Of a DNA stretch of 64,000 bases, positions 52,784-64,000 are shown in pieces. Made by a program: the position numbers and the translations under genes. The notes below the pieces were generated by a model. It made no database searches. It was not told where the DNA came from and saw only the letters and a list, made by a program, of their open reading frames with translations. The DNA comes from an uncultured Planctomycetota bacterium. Its GTDB lineage: Bacteria; Planctomycetota; Planctomycetia; Isosphaerales; Isosphaeraceae. How positions within the stretch are numbered: the first letter of the stretch is position 1; each line of letters begins with the position of its first letter. The stretch lies in contig CAWJTV010000034.1 of NCBI GenBank assembly GCA_963845755.1, forward strand, positions 288,001-352,000. The letters are read 5' to 3'.

Positions 52784-55700
52784 TCACGGCTTGACGCGAT
52801 CCGGATCACTGATCGAGAAAGACCAGTCGTTCGACGTTCCCTCGCCGACGCCCGAATCCGCCGCGAACTTGACCTGGACGTAATATGAGCCGGTCCTTGT
52901 CAGGTCGAACCAGTCGTTCAGGTCGAGCTGCATGGCCTCGAATGCCTCGAATGGCGCCAGCGAGCGGGTCGCTTCGCCGGGAACGAACGCGTCCGTCCGT
53001 TTCGGCTTCAACGTGTCTTGGGGATGGTCCGAGAACAATTCATCCTGGGAGCGCGGTACAGAATAGGAGACCGCCAGCGTGACCCCGCGCCGCAATGCCG
53101 GCCGGCCATCATCGCCCCGGCGGAGGAACTCTGTTGGCGCAGTGTTCTCGACTCCGCGCCGATTGCGAAGGCCCAGGACCACGCGGATCGGCTGGTCCGG
53201 CTCGTAGGCGATCCTGGACGGTTTGTCTGACTGGAGCCATGCGTCCAGACCGCCGGGGAGGGCGATCCAGCGCGGTCCGCCACGAACGGAGCTGACCTCG
53301 ATCTCGGCGGCCGGGACGCGCGCGATCCCGTGCGGGCCCACGAATCCGTAGAATCGCTCCCAGCAATCCGCCTTGCGGACCTCCTCGGCCTGCCAGATCC
53401 AGCCGCCTTGCTCGTATTCGCGGTGAGTGGTGCCATCGGGTTTCTGGATGCTGAGCGGGATGTCCTTGAGCGCGACCCACCGGGCCGGGATCGGCATCCC
53501 CGGAACCTTGATCAGCCGGGTTTCTCCCTGCCCTTCGAGCGAGAAGATCGCCCGGGCCTGGCGGACGTCATCGAGGGTCGCGGGCCGGCCCAGCGCCGGG
53601 AATGCCAGATGAGGCGTGCGGTCGTTGATGTCGGGCTCGATGGGGAGCGGGTCGGTGGTGAACCGATCGCCATATCGCTTCAGGAAGGCCGCGCATGACT
53701 CCACGGCCCGGTCGCGACGGTCCTCCGGCCAGTACATCTCGAATTCGGGCGCGCCGCCGAGCGTCGAGATCCTCCAGGCGAGGTAATCGCAGACGCGGAA
53801 CGGAGAGTCCACTTCACTCTTGACCGCTTCCATGTCGGCCTTGTTCGAGCTGAAACCACCTCCACCTCCGCGCTTCGTCTTGTATTGGATCACGGTCTGT
53901 TGATTGCGCTGGACGGTCCCCATGGCGGCCTTGTTCCCCAGCACGTCGATCAGCGCCTCGCGGAATCCGCCCGATCGCAGCAATGGCGACGTGTAGAACC
54001 TGTCGTTATAGAGCCAGGACATCTGGCGGTTTTCCGGGTCGCGGATAAACGACGTCCACGGCGACTGCGGGTCGTTGAACAGCCAGTGGGCGGCGTCGCG
54101 AATCGCCGGGTCATCGGGATAGGTCCACAACGGCTCGAAGCGGGTTAACTCGTAGGACTCCGCACGCTCCGGGTCGCTCTTGCGGATGTCCGCCGCATAC
54201 ACGTCAAGAGCCTCCCGCTCGCCGCCCCGGGTGCGGATGACGGCGGCCTTGGCCACGAAATCGTCCAGCTTATGGTCCGGCTGGTAGCCGTCGTCGTGAT
54301 TCCGGGCGCTGGCCTCGCGAGCCCGGGCCATCAGCTCCCGGATCACGGGCAGCGCGGCCTTCGGGTCCCAGCGGTCGAACTGTAACGCGACCGCACAGGG
54401 CCAAGGCAGCACGGAGTCTGGCGTCGTCCGCGTCCCGCCGGCTCGAGCGACCTCGAGGATGCGGCGAGCCACCAGCTCGGATACGCTGGGATCGCGACGC
54501 GATCGCAACTCCTCGCCCTTCATCGGCCGGCCGGGTTGGGGCAGTTGGGACGGATGAACGAAAGTCCCGTAGACCTGGGGCAGGCCGGGGTCGTCGCGGG
54601 CCTGCACGATCCCCACCGCCGCCTGGAACCACTCGTCGCGCCCGGCCGAGTCGTCGCGGAGCGTCCGATACCAGCGCTCGGTCACTGAGATCGCCCGGTT
54701 CTTCTCCCAGAAGGCGCGCAGGGTTTGCGCGATCTTCTTCCTTCCCGCGAGGTCGTTCAGTTGCACCGAATACTGCGCGTTTTCGAATTCGTTCGTATTG
54801 AGGATGCGCTCGATCGCGGCGAGTCCGGCCTCGAAGACGGAATGAACCTTGCGTTCGATCGACTCGAATCGTCCCCCAATCGTGACCGATCTCGTGAGCC
54901 GCATATCGGTCTCCAGGGCGGCCAGGAGCGGCTCCACGGCGGGCTGGCCCTCGTTGACCAGCGCCTGGACCAGGGGCGAGCGTTCGGGGGTCCCCATAGG
55001 CCCGTACATCCCCACCGTCCGCTTGTCGATCTGGTCGAGGTCGCGGATCATGGCGGCGATCCGCGCCGAGGAGTCGCCCCCGCGCTTAGGGATCGGCCCC
55101 CGCGCGGGCTCCCGGGCGCGCCGTTCCTGATCGGCCAGCAACTCGGGGAGCTGCCGGAGGAACGGCATGTAGGCCGGGTGCGCGCCGCTGAAGCGGTCCT
55201 GGAGCTTCTCGAAGCCCATCGCTGCGGCCTTCGCGTCCACCGCCTTCACGAAGGTCGAGAGCCGCCGTGCGGCGTCGAGCGCGACCGCATCGTCGCCCCG
55301 CATGTGGGCGTCGATGAGCCGGTAGTACACCGTGACGGCCCATTCCGTGGCCAGGGTGAGGTAGGTGATGTGATAATCGGTGACGTCGCGGCCCCGGACC
55401 TCCGGCGTCCAGTTCGTCGCGGCGGCGAAGAGGGCCTCGGCCAGGTCGGCCCGGCCGAGTCTCAGCAGCAGGCAGAGCTTCAGAGCCGAACGGGTCTCGA
55501 CCCCCGAGGGTCCATCCCCTCTCCACTCGGAACGGCCGCCACCGATGAACGCGCCTCCCTCGCCGGCGCGGCCCCTCCCCTTGGTTACGGCACCGGCGCG
55601 GTCGCGTTTCATGGACTCGGCCGGCCCGCGGATGTCCTCCTTGAGGTCGGCCAGGGCGCCGACGGACAGCGCCGGATAGACCACGCCGTCCCAACTGACC

Positions 55701-56026
55701 ACGAACCGGCCGGCGTCGACTTCGCGCCGGGGAAGGACGAATCCTCGCGTCTTGATGATATGGCTTTCGCCGACTTCGACATCCCGGTACTCGCACCCGC
55801 GCGGGTCGGCCATCCCCTGCTCGAACAGGGCAGTCGTCGCCGAGACCAGGAACCTCGGCAGCTTCGTCTGGGGCGGTGTCCAGGGTTCCTTCTGTTGCGG
55901 CGGATCGGGGATCGACCGCCCATCGAACCTCGGTGCCGGCCGGCGTTCCTCGGCAAAGGGGCCGGCTTGTAGAGTGAGGGCAACCAGCAGGAGCAACAGG
56001 TCTTTCGTAATCCATGAGGCGTTCAT
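52784..56026 (-). CDS. Large exported hypothetical protein (about 1080 aa)
   Basis: Uninterrupted ORF; signal-peptide-like LLLLLVALTLQA; no family recognised; start uncertain. Confidence 0.8.
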   Translation of the reverse strand: MNASWITKDLLLLLVALTLQAGPFAEERRPAPRFDGRSIPDPPQQKEPWTPPQTKLPRFLVSATTALFEQGMADPRGCEYRDVEVGESHIIKTRGFVLPRREVDAGRFVVSWDGVVYPALSVGALADLKEDIRGPAESMKRDRAGAVTKGRGRAGEGGAFIGGGRSEWRGDGPSGVETRSALKLCLLLRLGRADLAEALFAAATNWTPEVRGRDVTDYHITYLTLATEWAVTVYYRLIDAHMRGDDAVALDAARRLSTFVKAVDAKAAAMGFEKLQDRFSGAHPAYMPFLRQLPELLADQERRAREPARGPIPKRGGDSSARIAAMIRDLDQIDKRTVGMYGPMGTPERSPLVQALVNEGQPAVEPLLAALETDMRLTRSVTIGGRFESIERKVHSVFEAGLAAIERILNTNEFENAQYSVQLNDLAGRKKIAQTLRAFWEKNRAISVTERWYRTLRDDSAGRDEWFQAAVGIVQARDDPGLPQVYGTFVHPSQLPQPGRPMKGEELRSRRDPSVSELVARRILEVARAGGTRTTPDSVLPWPCAVALQFDRWDPKAALPVIRELMARAREASARNHDDGYQPDHKLDDFVAKAAVIRTRGGEREALDVYAADIRKSDPERAESYELTRFEPLWTYPDDPAIRDAAHWLFNDPQSPWTSFIRDPENRQMSWLYNDRFYTSPLLRSGGFREALIDVLGNKAAMGTVQRNQQTVIQYKTKRGGGGGFSSNKADMEAVKSEVDSPFRVCDYLAWRISTLGGAPEFEMYWPEDRRDRAVESCAAFLKRYGDRFTTDPLPIEPDINDRTPHLAFPALGRPATLDDVRQARAIFSLEGQGETRLIKVPGMPIPARWVALKDIPLSIQKPDGTTHREYEQGGWIWQAEEVRKADCWERFYGFVGPHGIARVPAAEIEVSSVRGGPRWIALPGGLDAWLQSDKPSRIAYEPDQPIRVVLGLRNRRGVENTAPTEFLRRGDDGRPALRRGVTLAVSYSVPRSQDELFSDHPQDTLKPKRTDAFVPGEATRSLAPFEAFEAMQLDLNDWFDLTRTGSYYVQVKFAADSGVGEGTSNDWSFSISDPDRVKP

Positions 56027-56118
56027 CGCAACTTCTGAAATGTCCATGGGTACGTGGTTCCTTCCGGGCCGCGTGGAGTGTGACAAGAAGAGCCCGATCG
56101 GCGAATACCGCGCCTCGA

Positions 56119-59100
56119 TCAGGGCCGGTCGCTCCAGGCGATTGCCTTTCGACGCCGCTCTTCAATCGGAACACCGAGCATCTCGGCCGTCCTTAACCGG
56201 AACTGAGCATCGGGGCTCAAGGCGTTCGGGGTGTTCTTGGGATCGGGGGCCCTCCGCGCCGAGTCGGGAAAGTTCCGGATCAGCGCGACGGCAACGCGGG
56301 GGTCATAGGCCGTCAGGGCCGCAATCGGCGGTGGATTGCCGATGGAATAAGCGGCGCCCGACTCCACGAGGTGGTCCGCGAGGTGTTCGAGCGGCGGTGC
56401 CATGATGATGGCGGCCAGGGCGCGGTCGTAACGCGAGACTCCCATCGCCACGATCACGCCCACCTGGACGGCGCTCATCTCCGGCCACTGCGGCAGTGGC
56501 GCACGGCAGGCCGCGGTCAGCCAGAGTCGCTCCTCGAGACGATCGGGCTCGAGGCTCTCGACCACCGGCAAGAGTCCGGCCATCACCCAGGGGACCCGCG
56601 AATGGGGCACTTTGCCGTCCTGCCGGTCCGCGAGCTGGCGGAGCCGTGTGAACGCCTCGTCCAGCAGCTCGTGCGCCCGGGCCGGATCGGTCGCCGCCAG
56701 CTCGGAGGCCATGAGACCGAGCCCGTAGAACACTCGCGCGGGCCACTGCCTGTCGAGCGTCCCGAGAATCCTGCGGGCGCGGGGCAGGTCTGCCCGCGCC
56801 ATCCGCCGGCAGATCCGCAGCACGGCCTCATCGCGGGTGTTGTACTGGAACTGCGGCGGAGGGGGCGGGACCAGTCGTTCGGCCTCGGCCGGGTTGATCG
56901 CCGCCAGCCGGATGGCAGCCTCGGTGAGGTGGGGATTGATCCGCTCGGCTCTGCCGATGATGACGTTCTTCCATTCGTCGCGTTCGCAGATCGCCCGCGC
57001 CGCGGCGACGTCGATCACCGCCAGCACCTCGGCGAACTCCTCCAGATCGTCGAAGTAGCGGTCTTTCAAGACGGTATCGAGGATCGCCCGCCCTTCGCGG
57101 ATGATCGGCGTCGCCCGGTCGAGATCGTCGATCGCTAGCCAGCGGTCAGCCACGTGGCCGAGGGCCGTGACCCGGGCCCCCGGGTCCTCGACGCGACGGG
57201 CTTCGGCCAGGGCGCGGTCGAGCAGCTCGTTGCGACGCGCGCGATCGGTGTCGGTCATCGTGTCGGCCATGGCGAGGAAGCTCTCGACGCGCGAGGCGGG
57301 GTTCAGGTCGGACTCGACCGTGGCGACAGCCACGGCCGGGTCGGTCTCAACCTGCCCGAGGACGACCTGCGTCAGAATCCCCGCAGGCTGGGACAGGACC
57401 CGATTTTCGAGCATCTCCAGGACGCGATCCGGATCGACCCGCGCCAGGGCGGAGACGACGGGATCCCCCTCGCGGTCGTTCGACCGCGACCGCGGCCGCA
57501 CGGCATCGAACACCGGGGCGAGCAGCTCGCGCGCAATCGTTTTTTCCTCGGCTCGGGTCAAGTGCGGCGGCAGCGTCTTCGGCATCGCCGTCGGTGGCTG
57601 GTCCACGCGGGCCAGTCGGATGTCCACGTTTGCGTCCCCCGGCTTGACGATCGCCCCGCCGAAGCGGAAACCGGCCTTCTCGGCAAAGACGAGGGCTTCT
57701 CCGCTCCCGATTCCGGCCAGCCGGTAGTGTCCCTGATCGTCGGTAGTCGTCGCCGACCGCTTCGGCGAATCTCTCGACTGAAAGACCGCGGCGCCAGCCA
57801 CGCCCCGGCCCTCGCGATCGACGACCCGGCCCCTAACGAGCTGGAGCGTCGGCGACCGGCGGAGGGTGAGGTCCGGAAACGTGAGCTGGTCCCCTCCCTT
57901 CGATGTGGCCCAGTTGGTCTGATTGGAACGGTAGCCGGCGGCGTTGGCGTGGAAGCGGAACTCCCGGCCCTTCCGGTAGATCGTCATCGGCGTCCGGAAT
58001 GTCCCATCAGGCCCGGTGCGGACCTGTTCGTCGACCAGAAGCTCCTGGGGGAAATGGATCTGCCCGCCCATGGCTTCCTCGCTGTATTGCAACCGCACCC
58101 AGGCCCCCGGGACGGGCGTCCCGTCAGGGCCAACCACGCGACCAGCCAGTGCCACCGCAACCCCGGGAACGATCGTCACCAGAATCACGTCCGTGCGTCC
58201 CGCCTGGACTTTCACCGGCCCATCCGTCATCCGATCGCCCTGGCGGGCTTCGAGCGTCATCTCGTCTCCCGGCGCGAGACCGGGGACGGTGAACTCCCCG
58301 TGGTCGTCGGTCGCTTTCGGAATCCATCCCAATCCCGAACGCCCGATGATGGTCGCGTGGGCCGCGGGTTGACCCGCCTCGTCGCGCACGATGAACCGGA
58401 GCGGCGGCGCGGCGAGGATGGCTTCCCTGGGCTCCAGCTCGATCCGCTCCGCGGTCTCGGTCACGGGGAAGTCCTTCCATTGCTGGCCGGGTGCCATGAC
58501 GTGCGTCGGGGATCCTCGCCACACGTGGATCCCCGCGGTGCCCGGTAGCGTGGTGAACGTGTATCGTCCCTGAGCGTCGGTCTCGCCCTTCACCGTCTTC
58601 CCGCCCGGGAAGCGGTGGAAGGACAGTTCGATCCCCTGCACGGGACGACCTGTGCCCCGCTCTCGGATCACACCCGTGATCGTCGCCGGTTTCCGGAGCG
58701 GGATCTCCACCAGATTCTCCCGCCCCGCGATTACAGCGAATGGCCGCGGGAGGTCGGGCAGGACCGGAAGTTCCCGCGGTGGCTCGATCACGAGATGGAT
58801 CTCACCCACGGCCATCGCCGGGACCGCGAACCGGCCGTCTTCGTTGGTCGTCCCTGTGGCGTGGCCGGCCGTCTCGGGGTCGGGCCAGATGTTATTGCCG
58901 GATCGTGTGCTGGCGTAGACCCGCCAGTCTTTCATCAGGGTGCGATCGGCGGCCACGAGCCGCACGACGAGCGGCGCAGCCGGTCGAAACGCGACGTGCT
59001 TCGGTTTCGAATCAACGGGGTAGAACGATCGCGACTGGCTGCCGAACGCCGTCGAGTTAACTGCAATATGGGAAATCTCATCATTGGCGGCGGCATCGAT

Positions 59101-59589
59101 GACGGCCAGGCCGTTCTGATCCGTCGTTGCGTCGGTGAGATTAACCACGGCCCGGGGTACGATCGTCAATTCACGGCCGAATTGACCGAGGCTCACACGC
59201 GCGCTGGCAACCGGTTCACCGTCGGGACCCACCACTTTGACCTCGGCCTTCCCGGGCAGTCCGAGCACGATCCGGACGTCTTCCTTGGCGGCTGGCATGG
59301 CGCCGGGGAATTTCGTGAACCCTAGCCGAAAACCCGGCTTCACGGCCCAGAGGATCGGTGCGAAGTCGCGCTTCTCTGCCGCCAGTCCGGCCGGACGCGG
59401 GATCATGAACCGGCCGTTGGCATCCGATCGTCCCCGCACGAGGATCGGCGGGTCGTACACCGGCGTGCCTGCGAGGATCAGGTCGGCCCCGGCCACGGGC
59501 TTGCCGTCGGGCCCGATCACTGTCCCCGACATCGGCGTGATCGGACTCTGGCCGACCATCAGCCCGATCAGCGTCGCGATGAGGACCAT
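56119..59589 (-). CDS. Large exported protein with repeated carboxypeptidase-regulatory-like domains and a helical C-terminal half
   Basis: 1156 aa; repeated GxVxGPDGxPVxGA and TDxxGxF/Y units; GGAGG RBS. Confidence 0.85.
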   Translation of the reverse strand: MVLIATLIGLMVGQSPITPMSGTVIGPDGKPVAGADLILAGTPVYDPPILVRGRSDANGRFMIPRPAGLAAEKRDFAPILWAVKPGFRLGFTKFPGAMPAAKEDVRIVLGLPGKAEVKVVGPDGEPVASARVSLGQFGRELTIVPRAVVNLTDATTDQNGLAVIDAAANDEISHIAVNSTAFGSQSRSFYPVDSKPKHVAFRPAAPLVVRLVAADRTLMKDWRVYASTRSGNNIWPDPETAGHATGTTNEDGRFAVPAMAVGEIHLVIEPPRELPVLPDLPRPFAVIAGRENLVEIPLRKPATITGVIRERGTGRPVQGIELSFHRFPGGKTVKGETDAQGRYTFTTLPGTAGIHVWRGSPTHVMAPGQQWKDFPVTETAERIELEPREAILAAPPLRFIVRDEAGQPAAHATIIGRSGLGWIPKATDDHGEFTVPGLAPGDEMTLEARQGDRMTDGPVKVQAGRTDVILVTIVPGVAVALAGRVVGPDGTPVPGAWVRLQYSEEAMGGQIHFPQELLVDEQVRTGPDGTFRTPMTIYRKGREFRFHANAAGYRSNQTNWATSKGGDQLTFPDLTLRRSPTLQLVRGRVVDREGRGVAGAAVFQSRDSPKRSATTTDDQGHYRLAGIGSGEALVFAEKAGFRFGGAIVKPGDANVDIRLARVDQPPTAMPKTLPPHLTRAEEKTIARELLAPVFDAVRPRSRSNDREGDPVVSALARVDPDRVLEMLENRVLSQPAGILTQVVLGQVETDPAVAVATVESDLNPASRVESFLAMADTMTDTDRARRNELLDRALAEARRVEDPGARVTALGHVADRWLAIDDLDRATPIIREGRAILDTVLKDRYFDDLEEFAEVLAVIDVAAARAICERDEWKNVIIGRAERINPHLTEAAIRLAAINPAEAERLVPPPPPQFQYNTRDEAVLRICRRMARADLPRARRILGTLDRQWPARVFYGLGLMASELAATDPARAHELLDEAFTRLRQLADRQDGKVPHSRVPWVMAGLLPVVESLEPDRLEERLWLTAACRAPLPQWPEMSAVQVGVIVAMGVSRYDRALAAIIMAPPLEHLADHLVESGAAYSIGNPPPIAALTAYDPRVAVALIRNFPDSARRAPDPKNTPNALSPDAQFRLRTAEMLGVPIEERRRKAIAWSDRP

Positions 59590-59717
59590 CCTTACCTCCC
59601 CGCACGATGAATGCTCGCTGAGACGTGTCGTGTTTTCCTCAGTTCATCAGTTTACTTTGATTCGAAACTCCGGACAAGGCGCGCCGACCGCTCCTCGCAA
59701 GTCGTGCCCCGACGCGT

Positions 59718-60506
59718 TCAGGGCCGAGTGGCGAAGACGATCCAGCCCCCGGCACGGAGGCTGGGGGCCAGCCAGGGTGTCGAGATCGGCTCGGAAGAGA
59801 CCTCGTCGAGAGGAAGCACCTCATCGATCCGGAAGCCGGCGCTGTGCAACTCGCGTTTGAGCTCACCCCAACGATAGAGGTGCACGCGCATGCCTGGGAT
59901 GCCGCGATAGGTCATCCGACGTTCCCCCAGCTCGTCGCGTGCGAAGACGGCCCGGTACACCTGTTTGAGGAGCCAGGCGAGGCCCTGACGGTCCCGTAAG
60001 TTGAGCCAGAGGTTATGGGCGTGGAGCGCAAGCCGCCCGCCAGGGCACAGGACGCGGTAAGCCTCCTCCAGGGCTCGCCGTCGGGGATCTCGGCCCCGGA
60101 TCATTCCCAGCGTGCTGAACATCGATAGGGCGTACTCGAACGTCCGATCGGCGAAGCAACCCAACCGGCAAAGATTGGACTCGACCCGCAACAGGTCGAC
60201 TCCGGCGAACCGAGCCTTGTGTCCGACCACGTCGAGCATCGGCCGCGACAGATCGACCGCGGAGACGGCGAACCCGCGGCCGGCGAAATGGATCGCGTGT
60301 CGTCCCGCCCCGCAGCCCAGGTCGATCAGCCGGCCGGGGGTGACGAACCGTTCGTCGAGTGCCCGGGCGTCGGCGCGGAACAGGGGATGGTCGGCGAAGT
60401 AAGCATCCTCCTCGGCCGCCAATCGCGGCGTGTGGGTATACTGCCAGAGGGGAGGATCGACCCCTTCTGGCAACCGCCAGGCCGGTGGGATGCGATGGTC
60501 GCTCAT
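59718..60506 (-). CDS. Class I SAM-dependent methyltransferase
   Basis: [25 protein letters not shown]. Confidence 0.9.
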   Translation of the reverse strand: MSDHRIPPAWRLPEGVDPPLWQYTHTPRLAAEEDAYFADHPLFRADARALDERFVTPGRLIDLGCGAGRHAIHFAGRGFAVSAVDLSRPMLDVVGHKARFAGVDLLRVESNLCRLGCFADRTFEYALSMFSTLGMIRGRDPRRRALEEAYRVLCPGGRLALHAHNLWLNLRDRQGLAWLLKQVYRAVFARDELGERRMTYRGIPGMRVHLYRWGELKRELHSAGFRIDEVLPLDEVSSEPISTPWLAPSLRAGGWIVFATRP

Positions 60507-61975
60507 ACGGTGCGGCGGCCCGGCGTCGCGAGGACCATCCCCGCGCGGGGCTTCAGCTCCAGGCCACGGAGCATCCCTTGCTCCAGGCGGACCGAACGGT
60601 GGGACCAGGCTTCCTCGAGAAAGGCGCCTTCGGAGAGCCCCACATTGAATGTCAGATCGATTCGTCGCGTCGAACGCCCCGCGTTGATCGCGACGACAAC
60701 CATCTCATCCCCCAGCTCCCGGACGTACGCGATGACATCGCCCTGCGCTTGTACGAAGCGGAACGAGCCTCGGCGCAGGGCCGGCCGCTCGCGACGCAAG
60801 GCGATCAGTCGCTGAAATTCGTGCAACAACTCCGTGTCCCAGGTTTCGGGCCGATGCCAGGGAAATGCGCCTCGATTGGCGGGGTCGTGGCCGCCGGCCA
60901 TGCCGATCTCATCTCCGTAGTAGACTGACGGTGCGCCGGGATAGGTCATCTGAAACAAGGTCGCAAGCCGGAGGGCGGTCCGATCGCCGTTGGCCAGCGT
61001 GACGAACCGCGCCATGTCGTGGCTGCCCAGCAGGTTCAGCATGACGTCCGTCACGTTCGCGTGATACAGACCGATCAGCCGCTCGATCGCCCGGCGAAAC
61101 GTCTCGGCTCCCGTTCGGCCCACCGGATGCAGGCTCGTCCGCGACAGGTCCTCGAGGTTGACATTCTCCCCGATGAAGAAGGCGATGCACGCGCGGGTGA
61201 ACTGGTAGTTCATCACCGCGTCCCACATGTCGCCCTGAAGCCATCGCTGGGCCTCGCTCCAGACCTCGCCGACAATGTACGCCTCGGGGTTGACCGACCG
61301 GATGCGCACGCGGAATTCGCGCCAAAAATCGTCGTCATCGATTTCGTTGGGGACATCCAGCCGCCAGCCGTCGATGCCGAACTCCATCCACTTTCGCCCG
61401 ATCTCCCAGAGGAATTCTCGCACCTCGGGGCAGTCGGTGTTGAATTTTGGCAGGGCCGGAAGTCCCCACCAGGCCCGGTAATTGGGCGACTTCTCGACGT
61501 CGTAGGCATACAGCGGGAACTCTTTGACGGTGAACCAGTCGAGATAGGCCGAGTCCGGGCCGTTCTCCAGGATGTCGTGGAATGGGAAGAAGCCGCGGCT
61601 CGCATGGTTGAACACGCCGTCGAGCACAACGCGAATGTCTCGGTCGTGGGCCGCGTCGAGCATGCGCCGAAGCGCCGGGTTCCCGCCCAGCATCGGGTCG
61701 ACCTTCTCGTAGTCGTGGGTGTGGTAACGATGGTTCGACGCCGACTGGAAGACCGGCGTGAAATACAGGGCGTTGACTCCGAGGTCACCCAGATAATCCA
61801 GGTGCTCGACGACGCCGATCAGGTCGCCCCCCTGGTAGCCGTGATACGTCGGCGGAGCGCCCCATTCGTCGAGGTGCCGGGGCTTGGGCACCGTGACGCT
61901 CCGCGCAAACCGGTCGGGGAAGATCTGGTAGAAGATGGCGTCGCGCACCCAGTCGGGCGTCTGGGGGTCGGGCAC
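60503..61975 (-). CDS. GH13 glycoside hydrolase (neopullulanase/cyclomaltodextrinase-like)
   Basis: [38 protein letters not shown]. Confidence 0.94.
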   Translation of the reverse strand: MPDPQTPDWVRDAIFYQIFPDRFARSVTVPKPRHLDEWGAPPTYHGYQGGDLIGVVEHLDYLGDLGVNALYFTPVFQSASNHRYHTHDYEKVDPMLGGNPALRRMLDAAHDRDIRVVLDGVFNHASRGFFPFHDILENGPDSAYLDWFTVKEFPLYAYDVEKSPNYRAWWGLPALPKFNTDCPEVREFLWEIGRKWMEFGIDGWRLDVPNEIDDDDFWREFRVRIRSVNPEAYIVGEVWSEAQRWLQGDMWDAVMNYQFTRACIAFFIGENVNLEDLSRTSLHPVGRTGAETFRRAIERLIGLYHANVTDVMLNLLGSHDMARFVTLANGDRTALRLATLFQMTYPGAPSVYYGDEIGMAGGHDPANRGAFPWHRPETWDTELLHEFQRLIALRRERPALRRGSFRFVQAQGDVIAYVRELGDEMVVVAINAGRSTRRIDLTFNVGLSEGAFLEEAWSHRSVRLEQGMLRGLELKPRAGMVLATPGRRTV

Positions 61976-62079
61976 GGGTCACTCCCGTTTTTCTGAGCAA
62001 GGAGTCGTCGCGGGCTGAATCCGATGGGAACGCGCACGCCAAGCAAGCCAATCGCTCGAAGCGTGAACGCCTCGTACTC

Positions 62080-62330
62080 GTGGGACGAAACAAAGGAGTG
62101 GGCGCCTTCGCAACGAGCTCGATGTCCTCAACGATGCGGACGTAACCTGCACACAGGACGGCCACTTCCCAATTAGACCAGATTCGCCGTGCAACGATCC
62201 AGGGGCCGGTGGATTCCGGGACGACGCGACTGGTGTTGCCCGAAGCCATGGTCAAACGTTTGGACCTGCTGCTCGGCGACTCGGTCAACGTTCATCACGT
62301 CGGTAGCCGCCGCCGAAACTGGAGGAGACC
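62080..62330 (+). pseudogene. Degraded retropepsin-like (clan AA) aspartyl protease remnant
   Basis: DQIRRATIQGPVDSGTTRLVLPEAMVKRLDLLLGDSVNV contains a DSG motif; upstream part is frameshifted and the C-terminus is not recognisable. Confidence 0.55.
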
Positions 62331-63465
62331 GACCTCACGTGACCGTCCGGGCCGAGGGCCCGTACAACGCCTGATGTCCCCGTGGCGGTTGAACGCCTTG
62401 GAAATAGCGTGGCGCCCTGTCGGATCACCCGAACGCCTGATGCGGTAGCGTGAGGTCACTCCTCTGATGAACCAGTGTGGCGAGTGGTGATCGTAGCGAC
62501 AGAGGTGGCCCTTGGCCCAGTGGTTACCTAGTCAAACGTCTCCTAACTCCTCGCGCTCCGCGAGGCCGATGAAGGTACGCGCTCGACTTCCCGTCCCAAA
62601 ACCATCATGGCAGGCTTTATTCCCCCTTCGGGCCGCGGTTCATCGCGAAGCGCCCGTGAGCGGTGCTGACTTGGACCGTCCCGGGATGCCTGAGCGACCC
62701 CTCGCGGGCAGATGAGGTTGAACCGATCGCTCACCCGAACTAATCCACCGCCCCAAAAAATTTCTCAAAAAAATCATTTCCCCGTAACGTAAGGACTTAA
62801 GTCGATGATTTTTCCCGTTTTGACCGCAATGCGTTCATCTTTTCTCAAAGTTGAGGCATCCTAAGCAATAGACGCTCATCCTTGATACCTTGGAGGTCGC
62901 CTGCGAACGCGGTTTATCGCGATCGGTGCCTCGAGTCGGAAATAGCAACAAAGCGGTCACGTCGGGCCCGCTCCGAAATGTCGACGCAATCAGGAATGAT
63001 AGCTTGGAAGTATGGATGATTCATTCCGTGCTTGACATCCTCGTGCTCCGACGAACCGACCCAAGCAGCCAGGACTTGGAGAGTCCCGAATCCGCAAAAC
63101 GAGCCTCATGACGCCATGCGACACCCATACCGATGAAAATGGCGTCGAGCGGATTTCGGGCCCTGTGAATGGTCTCGGACGTTTCTCTCTGGTGCCTTTG
63201 TATTTCGGCGGGGCAGGAGCCCCCCCGAAGCGCCAACTTTCAGAGCAACCCAATTGGTCGCATAGTCCGCTCTATCGACAAATTTTCGCCAATCCGCAAA
63301 ACGGGCTCAGCCGACTGGAGAGCACCTACCACTCGAACCCGAAAGTTCGTCGCGATCCTCATGCTGTACACGGAATCCTGGAACTCGAAGCTTACCCGAG
63401 CCCAGGCCGCGCCGGTTGCAGCCGCGATCGAGTCTTGCATCATGGAATACCTGCTGGCCGCCTAA

Positions 63466-64000
63466 GAGCGCTCGGAAAAAATGAGTTCACTGGCCCAGGA
63501 GCCTCAAACAGATCAAGGAACATGCTAACTTGAGGAACGCGTCTTGAATCTCGGTGAGCCGATCCAAACGGCGGCGCAGCCGGCCGAAGGAGTGCAGCCA
63601 CGCGATGGTCCGCTCTACGTACCAGCGGGACTTGCCCAAACCGCTGCCGTGCTCCGTATTGCGGGCCGCCAGCACCGGCGTGGTCCCCCGGCCGCGCAAA
63701 CCCTGCCGCACCGGTTCCGAGTCGTAGCCCCGATCCCCCTGCAAGCGGTCGGGCTTCTGCCGCTTCGGCCCCGGCTTGCCGCCCACCGGCGGCATGTCGT
63801 CGAGCGTCGTGAAGACCTGGGTGATCTCGGGGACGTTGGCGGCGGTCACCGTCGCCGCCAGCGGCACGCCTTGGGCGTCGGTCATCACGTGGTGCTTGCT
63901 GCCGGATTTGCTCCGGTCCGTCGGATTCGGGCCGGTATCCTCGCCCCCTTCCGGGGCCTTGGCGAAGGAGGCGTCGATCAGCGCCCGCTCCCAGTCGATC
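63466..64000 (-). mobile_element. IS5-family element, partial (transposase 3' part, stop at 63487)
   Basis: Minus strand reads LIDAS...TGPNPTDRSKSGSKHHVMTDAQGVPL, GDRGYD, RWYVERTIAWL; putative end GAGCGCTCGG next to TAA. Confidence 0.9.

Noticed and set aside
63108..63533. ORFs next to the IS5 end
   Set aside because: No recognisable motifs; may be a frameshifted remnant but cannot be supported
1..64000. rRNA, tRNA, CRISPR array, prophage or integron
   Set aside because: No cloverleaf, rRNA-like tract, repeat-spacer array, phage structural gene or integrase recognised by eye

Overview
GC-rich bacterial chromosomal DNA whose gene content points to a planctomycete, probably Isosphaeraceae-like: an ECF sigma plus Ser/Thr kinase-WD40-TPR pair, DUF1559 pilin-like proteins, a BlaI/M56 pair, Uma2 nucleases and a 'LE.vEdR.L.S' export motif. 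Housekeeping and metabolic genes include lon (partial), hsp20, PPi-type pfk, rsgA, modABC, an MFS transporter, a TatD-like hydrolase, mtnA, a GT4 glycosyltransferase, a radical SAM protein and a GH13 glycosidase. The stretch at about 3.1-17 kb is a rearranged mosaic: a complete ISAs1 with 17-bp TIRs and a 10-bp TSD, an IS4-family element, a solo IS4-type end, and three 5'-truncated gene remnants. A partial IS5-family element lies at the right edge. Roughly a dozen otherwise intact genes carry 1-bp frameshifts, most simply explained as long-read assembly errors. No rRNA, tRNA or CRISPR array was seen. The best candidates for something undescribed are a DUF3775-like plus HEPN two-gene cassette, a cluster of giant exported proteins with DUF1559 pilin-like genes, a membrane-inserted KAP-like NTPase, and a propeller-G1 glutamic peptidase fusion. 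All are hypotheses from motif reading; no database searches were run.
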